DNA of 60,179 bases, filler included. It is 5 parts of 5 records of this genome, joined end to end, with 100 filler letters (N's around TTAATTAATTAA, not from the genome) between each part and the next. Parts side by side here need not be neighbours in the genome. Positions count along the whole stretch, not along the records: positions 23,101 to 31,416 come from SRR20825006_2281; positions 31,517 to 46,514 come from SRR20825006_2285; 3 more parts are not named here. The stretch is one strand, 5' to 3'. The position numbers were made by a program, and so were the translations under genes. This document shows positions 29,033 through 39,016 of the stretch, piece after piece. Each line of letters begins with the position of its first letter. Within the stretch, counting starts at the first letter, position 1. The notes below the pieces were generated by a model. It had not been told where the DNA came from. It saw nothing but the letters and a program-made list of their open reading frames with translations, and did no database searches.

Positions 29033-30179
29033 GCTTTGCCTTCCTCACTCTTGTTTCAACGAGTTCTGAGAAGTAAGCGGCCACTGGTTCAACCGGTGTG
29101 TAGTGCCCTCGTACGCCGTTGCCCAAGCCTTCCAGTTGGTACTCGCAGATCTGGTCGTCTTCAAGAATCACCTGATCAAGACGTTCGAAGTAGAAAGGAG
29201 CAATGTCATTGAAGTCGCTCCGCGCTAGAGTTTCTTCATGAAATGCATATCCGACATTAACGCTTGTATGGGTAGCTGAGATTGGGGTTTTCTGAATCCA
29301 CCACATGACTTCCGGGGCTGTCACTACAAAAAAGCCCGGCAGAATGACAGAGAAGTGTGTGCCCTCGGCAGCTTCGCCACTAATATCGGGGGGCGCTGGA
29401 AAGGCAAAATTGCGCTTTTCCGGGAATAACGCCGGGGAAAGGGCGTTTCGATGATAGACACCAAACCAATTGCGATCATGCCCTACTGGACTGACCGGTT
29501 GACTACCAATCGAACGGCTATGAATGAAGTTCGTATGAAGGGTCTCCATATCAACCTCAATGTACAGCTTCCAGTTTGTCCTTAATGTGTAAGCTTTTTC
29601 CTGGACGCAGCGCATTCTCTGGATTTGGTGAGGGCGGGCCACTTTATCGACATAGTTGCCAAGATAAGCTCCAAGCGGAACGTCATTTTTCTCATTCAGG
29701 TTGATAAAGACCATGCCAGCTGAGACTTCACATTGGACCGGTACTAAATTTAGGTTGAGACTTGGAAGGTCACTCTTCGTTACGCATCCCCCTAAACCTG
29801 GAGCGTTCGTCAGGTTTCCGGAGGTGTCGTATGTCCACTCATGAAAAGGGCACTTGAAATGAGAGCTCTTTCCGCATCTTTTACTCGTCAATGGAGCTGA
29901 GCGATGCCTGCAGGCGTTAAAGAAGGCCCTGATGGTGCCGTCTTCACCGCGAACAACAATAACACTGCGCCCCAAAAACTGACGGGTCACATAGCTTCCT
30001 TCCTCAAAAATGGAGGAAGCCAGGCAGACAAAATGCCAAGCTGGGAAATGAATAGCTTGGACTTCACGTTGGAACCAATTTTCCTGGGTGTAGCATTCAG
30101 GGGGGAGCATCTTTGAGAGCTCTGCCTGAACGATATCGTCCAAATTTCTGATGTCGGAGATACTCGTTGTCACTGTCAT
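29025..30179 (-). CDS. Rieske non-heme iron oxygenase alpha subunit (choline monooxygenase/GbcA/CntA-like group)
   Basis: CRH...CPFH Rieske ligands; NWK...ETLH...H and ED mononuclear Fe ligands. Confidence 0.9.
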   Translation of the reverse strand: MTVTTSISDIRNLDDIVQAELSKMLPPECYTQENWFQREVQAIHFPAWHFVCLASSIFEEGSYVTRQFLGRSVIVVRGEDGTIRAFFNACRHRSAPLTSKRCGKSSHFKCPFHEWTYDTSGNLTNAPGLGGCVTKSDLPSLNLNLVPVQCEVSAGMVFINLNEKNDVPLGAYLGNYVDKVARPHQIQRMRCVQEKAYTLRTNWKLYIEVDMETLHTNFIHSRSIGSQPVSPVGHDRNWFGVYHRNALSPALFPEKRNFAFPAPPDISGEAAEGTHFSVILPGFFVVTAPEVMWWIQKTPISATHTSVNVGYAFHEETLARSDFNDIAPFYFERLDQVILEDDQICEYQLEGLGNGVRGHYTPVEPVAAYFSELVETRVRKAKHE

Positions 30180-30383
30180 AGTCGCATCCAATGCTTGGTT
30201 CCAGATCAGGTGGGGCAGAGCGTATAAACAGACGAGAAAAGTTGGAAACGAAAAAACTTGTTGGGGGCTACCAACTTATTCGATACTCAATGAGGGGTCT
30301 TTTTTCATTTGATTGTGATATCGATAACCCAGCATGCACATATCGAGTGAATGATGTGAGCGGGCCATAGCGAGGGAAGCAAG

Positions 30384-31313
30384 ATGAAATGGAGTTTGGA
30401 TCAGTTGCGTACATTTATATGTGTTGCAGATGCAGGCGGCTTTTCGCGTGCGGGCGCAAGGCTCTTTCTGGCTCAGTCTACCGTCAGTTGGCAGATCCAG
30501 CAGCTTGAACGCCAGACTGGCGTGCCTCTGCTCCGACGGAATCCGAGTGGTGTTACCCTCACGGAAAAAGGCATGGCCTTCTATTTGAGAGCGCAAAAAG
30601 TAATCAAGGCAAACGATGAGGTTGAGCTGTGTTTAAGCCAAAATACCGCAACCAGACAGGTAATCCGGCTCGCCACTACTGATTGCTATGCTCGCTGTTT
30701 ACTGCCAAGCCTACTTGAACATTGGAAATGCCAGTTTCCGAACGTGCAAGTATCGTTGTGTTGCAGCTTTAGCACGGATATTTGGGAGCGTTACCGAGAC
30801 GGGGAGTTTGACATTGCCTTGGCTCAGCACTGCCCTCCTGATGTCAGTGCAGAGCTTGTTCGGATCGAACCCTTGGATTGGGTCTGTGCCCGAGATTGCT
30901 CTGCTTGGGAACAGACTATCCTTCCCCTGGCTTTGTTTGAGAAAGGCTGCCCTGACAGTGAAATGATGCTTAGTGCGCTTAAAGGAGTAGGGCGTGAGTA
31001 TTGCGTCGAGTACGAAACATACAGCTATGGAGGGCTTGTGGCGGCTGTGGAAAGCGGCTCTGTGGTCTCTGCGCTCCCTAGATCGACAATACCTTCTACC
31101 CTAAAACTTCTGGATGCCCGCCACCGGCTCCCACGCCTACCACCTTTAAACGTGACCTTAGCAAGCCGGAGCAGAAGCGGTAATGGTATATGCGGCCAAT
31201 TATATGAGGCCGTTCTGTTTCATTTACTCGAAGGTAAGAAAGAACCAACGATCATGGGTGACGAGGTAATAACAAAGGTCGATGCGGTTTCGCATGAAGG
31301 GTATGTTATTTGA
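30384..31313 (+). CDS. LysR-family transcriptional regulator
   Basis: LRTF...GGFSRAG..L..AQSTVS.QIQQLE; divergent from the Rieske gene. Confidence 0.92.
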   Translation: MKWSLDQLRTFICVADAGGFSRAGARLFLAQSTVSWQIQQLERQTGVPLLRRNPSGVTLTEKGMAFYLRAQKVIKANDEVELCLSQNTATRQVIRLATTDCYARCLLPSLLEHWKCQFPNVQVSLCCSFSTDIWERYRDGEFDIALAQHCPPDVSAELVRIEPLDWVCARDCSAWEQTILPLALFEKGCPDSEMMLSALKGVGREYCVEYETYSYGGLVAAVESGSVVSALPRSTIPSTLKLLDARHRLPRLPPLNVTLASRSRSGNGICGQLYEAVLFHLLEGKKEPTIMGDEVITKVDAVSHEGYVI

Positions 31314-31416
31314 AGGCGTCACTCGACTTACCTCAGTAGATTCGAGGTAACTTTTATTTAATTGGCAGTGTGGCGATTTGTGGCTGTGCGAACCCTGCGG
31401 GTCGGGCTGCTCCGGG

Positions 31417-31516
31417 NNNNNNNNNNNNNNNNNNNNNNNNNNNNNNNNNNNNNNNNNNNNTTAATTAATTAANNNNNNNNNNNNNNNNNNNNNNNNNNNN
31501 NNNNNNNNNNNNNNNN
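31417..31516. other. Artificial contig spacer
   Basis: N/TTAATTAATTAA/N. Confidence 0.98.
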
Positions 31517-31714
31517 ATGATTTTCACCATCGAACCGATGATCAATTTGGGCCGCCCAGACGTGAAGATTTTGGGCGATGGCTGGACCGCCGTCACCAGA
31601 GACCGCACCCTATCTGCACAGTGCGAACATTCAATCGGCATCACCGAGCATGGGTGCGAAATCTTCACCCAATCGCCCAATGGTTTGTTCAACCCACTCG
31701 AAGCGCGGCGGTAA
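31517..31714 (+). CDS. map: Methionine aminopeptidase, C-terminal fragment
   Basis: [22 protein letters not shown]. Confidence 0.93.
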   Translation: MIFTIEPMINLGRPDVKILGDGWTAVTRDRTLSAQCEHSIGITEHGCEIFTQSPNGLFNPLEARR

Positions 31715-32440
31715 ATGAGCGACGCAGACGAGTCTCAAGCCGATCAGCCAGCCCCGGCCAAAAAGCCCAAGCTGCACTATCACGGCCACCGCGACCGTCT
31801 GCGCCAACGTTTCGAACGCGACCTCGGCTCATCCTTCGAAGATTATGAATTGCTGGAACTCTTGCTCTTTCGCATTCTGCCGCGCCGCGACACCAAACCC
31901 ATCGCCAAGCAATTGATCACCCGCTTTGGCAGCTTTTCCCAAGTCCTCGCCGCTCCGGCCAATTTGCTGCAAGAAATTGATGGCATCGGCCCCACCGCCG
32001 CCATGGACATCAAAATCATGCTCGCAGCCGCCAAACGCTATTCAAAAGATGCTTTGCCTGAACGGCCAATCCTCAATTCGTGGGATGCGCTGCTCGACTA
32101 TTGCAAATCAGAAATGGCCTTTGAGGATAAAGAACAGTTCCGCCTGCTCTTTTTAGACAAGCGCAACAAACTGATCGCCGACGAAGTGCAACAAATCGGC
32201 ACGGTGGACCACACCCCGGTCTATCCACGCGAAGTCATCAAACGCTGTCTGGAGCTCTCTGCCACCGCAATGATCCTCGTGCACAATCACCCCTCCGGTG
32301 ATCCGACCCCGTCCAACGCCGACATCCAAATGACCCGCGCCATCGCCGACATCGCCAAGCCCCTCGGCATCACCCTACATGATCACATCATCATCGCCAA
32401 AGATGGTCATAGCTCCCTGCGGGCGCTGAAGCTGTTTTAG
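31715..32440 (+). CDS. radC: RadC family JAB-domain protein
   Basis: [28 protein letters not shown]. Confidence 0.95.
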   Translation: MSDADESQADQPAPAKKPKLHYHGHRDRLRQRFERDLGSSFEDYELLELLLFRILPRRDTKPIAKQLITRFGSFSQVLAAPANLLQEIDGIGPTAAMDIKIMLAAAKRYSKDALPERPILNSWDALLDYCKSEMAFEDKEQFRLLFLDKRNKLIADEVQQIGTVDHTPVYPREVIKRCLELSATAMILVHNHPSGDPTPSNADIQMTRAIADIAKPLGITLHDHIIIAKDGHSSLRALKLF

Positions 32441-32462
32441 GCACCTCCTCTCTCCACTCTCC

Positions 32463-32517
32463 GCCATCCCGGCCCTGAGCCGGGATCAAAACGGCCCCGG
32501 ATCAAGTCCGGGGCGGC
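32463..32517. repeat. Alphaproteobacterial REP-like doublet
   Basis: ATCCCGG-CCCTGAG-CCGGGAT and GCCCCGG-ATCAAGT-CCGGGGC hairpins. Confidence 0.75.
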
Positions 32518-32549
32518 CAAGTCGCGGCAAACAACCAACCAACCCCACC

Positions 32550-32677
32550 CGTCATTACAAGACTTGATCTTGCAATCCAATTGCGATGTCAAAACCCACA
32601 AGTACGAGATGTAAATCACGTTCGCTTCCACAAGCGGACAAATCAATTGGATTCCCAGATCAAGTCCAGGAATGACG
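32550..32677. repeat. REPIN/MITE-like element with 33-bp imperfect terminal inverted repeats
   Basis: CGTCATTACAAGACTTGATCTTGCAATCCAATT versus reverse complement of right end CGTCATTCCTGGACTTGATCTGGGAATCCAATT. Confidence 0.7.
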
Positions 32678-32767
32678 CCGTGCGTTTACGCTAAATTTTT
32701 TGCAGGAAAATCACGAACATTAGTCAACAATGCGCAAAGCAATGCTAGGGGTGCACCATCCACCCAC

Positions 32768-32872
32768 TCTGTGCCCAGTGCGCAAAGAGATTGTAGGAGG
32801 CGTGCCGCCGCCCCTATTCAACATAGGGGCAAGGGGCGTCGACGCCAAAGCTCGACGCGCAATGGGCACAGA
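32768..32872. other. Multi-stem structured element (ncRNA or MITE candidate)
   Basis: 15/16-bp closing IR plus internal hairpins GCCCCTAT/ATAGGGGC and GCGTCGA/TCGACGC. Confidence 0.5.
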
Positions 32873-32873
32873 C

Positions 32874-33611
32874 CTAGCCGAAGTTTTGGAGGACGGGGAA
32901 TGTCTCCAACAACCAAAAACTAATCCGCGTAAAATCACCCGTCAGGAACAACACACCGGTAATGATCAAAAACACGCCCATCACCTTCTCTACGGTGCCA
33001 AGGTGCTTTTTGAAATTCTGGAAGAAACTCATAAACGGCCGAATGGCCAATGCGGCAGCAAAAAACGGCAAGCCTAGCCCAGCGGAATAAACTGCCAATA
33101 GCCCAGCACCTTGCCACGCGGTTTCAGATGTGCCCGCAATTGGCAAAATCGCGGCCAGAATTGGCCCGATGCACGGTGTCCAACCCAGCGCAAAAGCTAA
33201 GCCAAGCCCATAGCCACCAAGGGGACCAGTGGCAGTAGTCGGCCCGCTCATCCGCGCTTGTCGATAAAGCAAGCCGATGCGCAGCAGGCCGAGGAAATGC
33301 AAACCCATCACAATGATCACGATGCCCGCCAGCGGCACCAGCCAATCCAGCGCGGAACGCAAGGCACTGCCCAAGAAGGTGGCCGACGCGCCCATAAGAA
33401 TAAAGACAGTTGAAAAGCCCAAGATAAAGAACAGTGATGTGGTCACTGTTTTCCACCAGACTTTGCTGCCCGTGTTGCTCTCATCTTGCAGCTGCTCGAA
33501 TGTCGTGCCCGCCATATAAGAGAGATAAGGCGGCACCAGCGGCAACACGCAGGGCGACAAAAAGCTCAAAACACCTGCGCCAAATACAACTGGTAAACTG
33601 ATGGAAAGCAT
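32874..33611 (-). CDS. ccdA: Cytochrome c biogenesis protein CcdA
   Basis: SFLSPCVLPLVP and WTPCIGPIL Cys motifs; 6 TM segments. Confidence 0.93.
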   Translation of the reverse strand: MLSISLPVVFGAGVLSFLSPCVLPLVPPYLSYMAGTTFEQLQDESNTGSKVWWKTVTTSLFFILGFSTVFILMGASATFLGSALRSALDWLVPLAGIVIIVMGLHFLGLLRIGLLYRQARMSGPTTATGPLGGYGLGLAFALGWTPCIGPILAAILPIAGTSETAWQGAGLLAVYSAGLGLPFFAAALAIRPFMSFFQNFKKHLGTVEKVMGVFLIITGVLFLTGDFTRISFWLLETFPVLQNFG

Positions 33612-33811
33612 CACAACATCCTTGCTTGTTTTGCAACGCGCCTCTTTTGAACCCGTCAAAAGCCAAAAGCAAGCGACCAGATGTCGCTCTAACGCAATTG
33701 TGAGAACAGGTGAAGATTCATCCTTTGGGCAATTGGCATTTGATAACCATTGTGCTAACCCCGCTTACATATCCCAAAATATAGCTGGCTAAAGATCAGG
33801 GGAGCCCCCAA

Positions 33812-34504
33812 ATGAGCCAATTGCCAATCAAAATAGCACCTTCAATTCTTTCTGCTGATTTTGCCCGTTTGGGCGATGAAGTCCGCGCCATTGACGAAGG
33901 CGGCGCCGAATGGGTGCATGTGGATGTGATGGACGGTCACTTTGTGCCCAACATCACCATTGGTCCAATGATTGTGGAGGCCATTCGCCCTGTCACCAAG
34001 AAAATCTTGGACGTGCATTTGATGATCGCGCCAGCTGATCCCTATCTTGAAGCTTTTGCCAAGGCTGGGTCTGACATTATCACGGTGCATGCCGAAGCCG
34101 GCCCGCACCTTGATCGTTCCCTTCAGGCCATCAAATCTATGGGCAAAAAAGCCGGTGTCTCTCTCAATCCTTCTACCCCTGTCTCTGCGATTGAGAATGT
34201 AATTGACCGGTTAGACCTCATTTTGATTATGAGCGTAAACCCCGGTTTTGGAGGACAAAGCTTTATCCCCCAAGCCATTGAAAAAATAAAACAAGCCAAA
34301 GCATTGATCGGCGATCGCCCAATCGACCTTGAGGTTGATGGCGGGGTCACCGCAAACAATGCTGAGGAAATTGCACGCGCCGGGGCAAACGCACTGGTGG
34401 CTGGGTCAGCCATCTATAAAGGCAATGACCCCGCAACTTATGCCCCACGCATAAGCGATATTCGCCAGGCCGCCGAAAAAGGTCTGCAATCGCGCCGAAC
34501 GTAA
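33812..34504 (+). CDS. rpe: Ribulose-phosphate 3-epimerase
   Basis: [36 protein letters not shown]. Confidence 0.97.
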   Translation: MSQLPIKIAPSILSADFARLGDEVRAIDEGGAEWVHVDVMDGHFVPNITIGPMIVEAIRPVTKKILDVHLMIAPADPYLEAFAKAGSDIITVHAEAGPHLDRSLQAIKSMGKKAGVSLNPSTPVSAIENVIDRLDLILIMSVNPGFGGQSFIPQAIEKIKQAKALIGDRPIDLEVDGGVTANNAEEIARAGANALVAGSAIYKGNDPATYAPRISDIRQAAEKGLQSRRT

Positions 34505-34529
34505 CCGCACATCATAAAGGTCCCTATTT

Positions 34530-35699
34530 ATGTCTATGCGCAATTGGCTCTTCTTTGTTTTCTTCTCTCAGCCGGTCGCGCTTGGCGCCTGGCTTCCGCG
34601 CATTCCTGAGGTGCAAGAAAAACTTGCCCTCAGCCCTGCTGAACTTGCAATCGCCCTTATCGGCGCCCCCATCGGCACTTTGTCGTCCCTGCTGGTGGCT
34701 GGTCGCATTGGCGATTGGCTCGGCGCCCAAAAAACAATGCTGATTTTCTACCCATTGTTCTTTTTGGCGATGACTCTCCCCTTCCTCGCCAACTCCCAGC
34801 TCACTTTGATGCTCTCGTTGGCCGTCATGGGGTCCACACTGTCCATTCTCGAACTCGGCATGAATGTGTCTGCTGACCTTTATGAAAAGCAACGCAAAAA
34901 GCTGGTGATGAGCCGCGCCCACGGTCTTTGGAGCTTTGGCTTGATGACCGGCACAATCGTTGGCTCAGCATCAGCAGCTTTGCGCCTCGATCCATTTTTG
35001 ATGGAAGTGGCAATTTTCGCTGTTCTTATCCTGCCAAGCCTCTATGCGGTGAAGCAAGTTAATCTGGATCAGCCAGCCCCTGCTGCCGCAGGAAACACCG
35101 GAAAAATGGGCTTCACCATGCCCCACATCCTGCTGCTGGGCATCTGCTTGTTCACCTTCGGCACCACATTGACCGAAGGCGCGGTGGCCGATTGGGCGGC
35201 GATCTTTATGCGCGACATTCATGGCGCTTCCCATGGCTTTGCGGGCTTGTCGCTCACCTTCTTCACCATGTCCGTGGCATTAACACGCCTGACTGGTGAT
35301 AAGCTGCGCGAGCATTTCTCCACCACAGATCTGGCCCGCACATTGGCCATTATCGGTGTGTTGGGACTTGGTGTGATTTATATTGCTCCCAATGCCATCA
35401 TTGCCATGCTCGGCTTTGCCATGCTGGGTAGCGGTGTTGCCCTCGGCTTCCCACTGGCGGTAACGGCAGCAGCCAACGCGCCCGGCAAAAGCTCTGCATC
35501 CAACGTAGCTGTACTCTCTTTCTTAGCACTTACCGGCTTTTTGGTCGGCCCAATTTCCATCGGTTTTGTCGCTGAAGTCACCAACATAAAAATTGGTTTG
35601 ATGGTCATTACACCAATGTTGGCGATCAGCGCCGTGCTTGCCAGCACGCTTAAACCTTCCTCCTCCCACACTGAAACAAGTGAAAGTCAAACCACATGA
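34530..35699 (+). CDS. MFS transporter (YbjJ-like)
   Basis: 12 TM segments, HGLWSFG, EGAVADW. Confidence 0.85.
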   Translation: MSMRNWLFFVFFSQPVALGAWLPRIPEVQEKLALSPAELAIALIGAPIGTLSSLLVAGRIGDWLGAQKTMLIFYPLFFLAMTLPFLANSQLTLMLSLAVMGSTLSILELGMNVSADLYEKQRKKLVMSRAHGLWSFGLMTGTIVGSASAALRLDPFLMEVAIFAVLILPSLYAVKQVNLDQPAPAAAGNTGKMGFTMPHILLLGICLFTFGTTLTEGAVADWAAIFMRDIHGASHGFAGLSLTFFTMSVALTRLTGDKLREHFSTTDLARTLAIIGVLGLGVIYIAPNAIIAMLGFAMLGSGVALGFPLAVTAAANAPGKSSASNVAVLSFLALTGFLVGPISIGFVAEVTNIKIGLMVITPMLAISAVLASTLKPSSSHTETSESQTT

Positions 35700-37000
35700 T
35701 CCCCCGTTATTCACGCGATGAAATGGTGTCCATCTGGTCACCAGAATCCAAATTCCGCATTTGGTTCGAAATCGAAGCCCATGCCGCATCAGCGCAAGCT
35801 AAACTCGGCATCGTGCCAGAAGAAGCTGCCAAATTGGTTTGGGAAAAAGGCGAAAATGCCCAGTTCGACGTTGCCCGGATTGATGAAATTGAGCGCGAAG
35901 TCAAACATGACGTGATCGCATTTCTCACCCACTTGGCTGAGATCGTGGGGCCCGAAGCCCGCTTTGTGCACCAGGGCATGACTTCATCTGACGTGTTGGA
36001 CACTTGCCTTTCTGTGCAATTGACCCGCGCAGCAGACTTGCTGTTGGCCGATATGGACAAGCTGCTCGCCGCCCTCAAAAAGCGCGCCTATGAGCAAAAA
36101 GACACCATCACCATTGGCCGCTCACACGGCATCCACGCCGAGCCCACCACATTCGGCGTCAAACTGGCGCAAGCCTATGCTGAATTTGACCGCTGCAAAA
36201 AGCGCCTCGAAATAGCTCGTGAAGAGATCGCAACTTGTGCCATTTCTGGCGCGGTTGGCACCTTCGCCAATATCGACCCTTCCGTTGAGCAATATGTGGC
36301 GGAAAAGCTGGGCTTGGCCATCGAGCCTGTCTCCACACAGGTAATCCCGCGCGACCGTCACGCCATGTTCTTCGCCGTTTTGGGCGTGGTGGCCTCTTCA
36401 ATCGAACGTTTGGCCACCGAAGTGCGTCATTTGCAGCGCACCGAAGTGCTGGAAGCAGAAGAGTTCTTTTCCAAGGGCCAAAAAGGCTCCTCCGCCATGC
36501 CACACAAGCGCAACCCGGTATTGACTGAAAACCTCACAGGTTTGGCCCGCATCGTGCGCGGCATGGTCACCCCGGCGCTAGAAAACGTTGCCCTTTGGCA
36601 CGAGCGCGACATCTCACACTCTTCTGTTGAACGCATGATCGGCCCAGACGCGACAGTCACGCTAGACTTCGCATTGGCACGTCTAACTAATGTGGTGGAA
36701 AATCTGGTGGTCTACCCAGAAAACATGAAAGCCAATATGGACAAGCTGGGCGGCTTGCACAATTCGCAACGCGTTTTGCTGGCCCTCACCCAAGCTGGTC
36801 TGTCCCGTGAAGATAGCTACCGCGCCGTTCAGCGCAACGCCATGAAAGTATGGCGCGGCGAAGGCGAATTTGCAGCCTTCTTGAAAGCAGATGAAGAAGT
36901 GTCAAATGCACTAAGCGACACCCAAATCGACGATATGTTTGATGATGGCTACCATCTCAAACATGTTGATACGATTTTCGCCCGTGTCTTCGGTGAATAA
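35696..37000 (+). CDS. purB: Adenylosuccinate lyase
   Basis: MIPRYSR, GRSHGIHAEP, GSSAMPHKRNP. Confidence 0.97.
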   Translation: MIPRYSRDEMVSIWSPESKFRIWFEIEAHAASAQAKLGIVPEEAAKLVWEKGENAQFDVARIDEIEREVKHDVIAFLTHLAEIVGPEARFVHQGMTSSDVLDTCLSVQLTRAADLLLADMDKLLAALKKRAYEQKDTITIGRSHGIHAEPTTFGVKLAQAYAEFDRCKKRLEIAREEIATCAISGAVGTFANIDPSVEQYVAEKLGLAIEPVSTQVIPRDRHAMFFAVLGVVASSIERLATEVRHLQRTEVLEAEEFFSKGQKGSSAMPHKRNPVLTENLTGLARIVRGMVTPALENVALWHERDISHSSVERMIGPDATVTLDFALARLTNVVENLVVYPENMKANMDKLGGLHNSQRVLLALTQAGLSREDSYRAVQRNAMKVWRGEGEFAAFLKADEEVSNALSDTQIDDMFDDGYHLKHVDTIFARVFGE

Positions 37001-37008
37001 GCATTCAG

Positions 37009-37038
37009 AAGCCCGGCATTTTTGCCGGGCTTTTCTTT
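37009..37038 (+). terminator. Intrinsic terminator after purB
   Basis: AAGCCCGGCA-TTTT-TGCCGGGCTT followed by a T tract. Confidence 0.85.
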
Positions 37039-37253
37039 GATCAGCACTTTTGATCTTTGCATCTCAAAATGTGATAAGCAGGCAGAGCCTGCATATAAAG
37101 CACTAGAAAATAACGACTTTCCAGGTCTAAACACATTCAATAATATGATTTTGATTTGTTTTTCGCACCGTATGAAAAATGTGCCTGCTTGACCAAAGTC
37201 AGCGGCGCTGTCCTAATCGCGCCAGTTTTTGATATGACGTGCGGAACGCCTTT

Positions 37254-38132
37254 ATGCCCGTAAAAGATTTCTTCCTTGCCTTGCTCGTCGTGGCCATTTG
37301 GGGCTTCAATTTTGTCGCCATCAAAGTGGGCGTAAATGACATTCCGCCGCTCATGCTCAATGCCATGCGTTTTTCACTAGTTGTGATCCCATGGGTCTTT
37401 TTCATCAAAAAACCCAATATCGGCTGGAGCTACATTATTGGCTTCGGCATGTTTTTGGGGGTCATCCAATTCGGCTTGCTCTTCACCGCCATGAAATGGG
37501 GCATGAGCGCATCGCTGTCCTCCATCGTATTGCAATTGCAGGCCTTCTTCACCATTCTATTTGCGTTTCTGCTATTGGGCGAAAAACCAAAAAGCTGGCA
37601 GATCATGGGTGCCTTTGTCGCCTTTTCCGGCATCGGCATCATCGCAGCAGAGCGCTATACCGGCGGTGCGCTCATACCGTTCCTCATGTGCGTTGCCGCC
37701 GCCTCCTCTTGGGGCGTGGCCAACATCATCACCAAAAAGGCCGGGCAAGTTAATATGCTCAACTTCGTGGTTTGGGGCAGCTTGATCCCGCCTATTCCAC
37801 TACTGATCTTGTCGTTCATGCTTGAGGATCATGCCGCCATCTGGGCCGTGTTCACTAACCCGCAGCCGCTCTCCATCGCCGCCGCCTTCTATTTGGCCTA
37901 CCCAACCACCATTTTGGGCTTCGGCATCTGGAACCAATTACTCAAGAAGCATCCGGCCAGCCTTGTCGCCCCATTTTCGCTGATGGTGCCCGTGTTCGGC
38001 GTATTGTCCGGCACCATATTCTTGGGCGAAAGCATGAGCAGCGCCGCCATCATTGGCGGTACCATCATCCTGTTGGGGCTAATGCTGAACGTGTTTGGCG
38101 GCCGCCTGCTCGCCAAACGCGCGACGGCTTAA
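37254..38132 (+). CDS. EamA/DMT family exporter (O-acetylserine/cysteine exporter-like)
   Basis: IWGFNFVAIK, two EamA repeats, VAPFSLMVPVFG. Confidence 0.9.
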   Translation: MPVKDFFLALLVVAIWGFNFVAIKVGVNDIPPLMLNAMRFSLVVIPWVFFIKKPNIGWSYIIGFGMFLGVIQFGLLFTAMKWGMSASLSSIVLQLQAFFTILFAFLLLGEKPKSWQIMGAFVAFSGIGIIAAERYTGGALIPFLMCVAAASSWGVANIITKKAGQVNMLNFVVWGSLIPPIPLLILSFMLEDHAAIWAVFTNPQPLSIAAAFYLAYPTTILGFGIWNQLLKKHPASLVAPFSLMVPVFGVLSGTIFLGESMSSAAIIGGTIILLGLMLNVFGGRLLAKRATA

Positions 38133-38599
38133 GCTGCCAACGCGTCAAACCGCTCTGCAAAACCGCGCATCATATCGGCCCATGCATTTGGCGCTTCAAA
38201 TGCCGCCTTCATTTCCGCCGCCCGTGCACCGTAATTTTCAAGCAAGCGATGTGTCAAAGTCACCTCGGTCATGTCGCCTTTACTCTCAAAGGTCACATAG
38301 ACCTCCGTATCCAACGCCTCATCACGTGCCCAGTCGGCCGTGAGCTGCCAGCACAACAGCAGATGATCGCCCCGCTCAAAGCTCTTAACATAGCCCCAAT
38401 CCGCCTCATTGCCCTGCCCATCATGCTCATACCATCGCCCCTGCGGCACTAACTCCACCATCACATCCTGCACCTCATTTTGCAGAATAGAATGGCTTTT
38501 CGGCCACCAACTGCCCATCCGCGCCACAAACACATCAAAGGCTTTGCCCGCATCTGCAGGCACCATCACCTTTTTCGAAACGCTCATCGTTTCAGTCAT
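38129..38599 (-). CDS. SRPBCC (AHSA1/START-like) domain protein
   Basis: WWP, TEVYVTF...TEVTLTH; follows ArsR gene. Confidence 0.85.
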   Translation of the reverse strand: MTETMSVSKKVMVPADAGKAFDVFVARMGSWWPKSHSILQNEVQDVMVELVPQGRWYEHDGQGNEADWGYVKSFERGDHLLLCWQLTADWARDEALDTEVYVTFESKGDMTEVTLTHRLLENYGARAAEMKAAFEAPNAWADMMRGFAERFDALAA

Positions 38600-38897
38600 T
38601 TTTACCCTCCCTGAATTCATGCTGATAATTGGCCAAGGCCTCATCCCAAAATTCATCCATCCAGCGCCGAAGCCCAGCCATCCCACGCTGATCCGCAAAA
38701 TAAATCTGCCGTGTGCCTTCTCTTTTGGCGCCCACCAATCCCGCCTGCAGCAACACTTTCAGATGTTGTGACACGGCGGGCCGGCTCACCGGCAATTGAT
38801 CAGCCAATGGCTGCACATGGCTGGGGTGCTTTGCCACCAACTCAAATATTTGCCGCCGCGTCGGATCGGCCAACGCATCCCATGCTTGCTGTTCCAT
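38592..38897 (-). CDS. ArsR/SmtB-family regulator
   Basis: ALADPTRRQI, VSRPAVSQHLKVL..AGLV. Confidence 0.92.
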   Translation of the reverse strand: MEQQAWDALADPTRRQIFELVAKHPSHVQPLADQLPVSRPAVSQHLKVLLQAGLVGAKREGTRQIYFADQRGMAGLRRWMDEFWDEALANYQHEFREGKND

Positions 38898-38928
38898 TGT
38901 CACACCAAAATGTTAGTCACCACTTACG

Positions 38929-38944
38929 GTAAGTAATTACTTAC
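38929..38944. promoter_or_regulatory. Perfect 16-bp palindrome, probable ArsR operator
   Basis: GTAAGTAATTACTTAC upstream of arsR. Confidence 0.7.
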
Positions 38945-39016
38945 AAATAGTCAAGATATGAAATTTTGATCGACTTTACCCTTGCGCCACCGCGCAAAAA
39001 TCGGCATCACACTCAT

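Noticed and set aside
31715-32440. radC as a marker of a mobile element
   Set aside because: Full-length form next to map is the ordinary alphaproteobacterial chromosomal arrangement.
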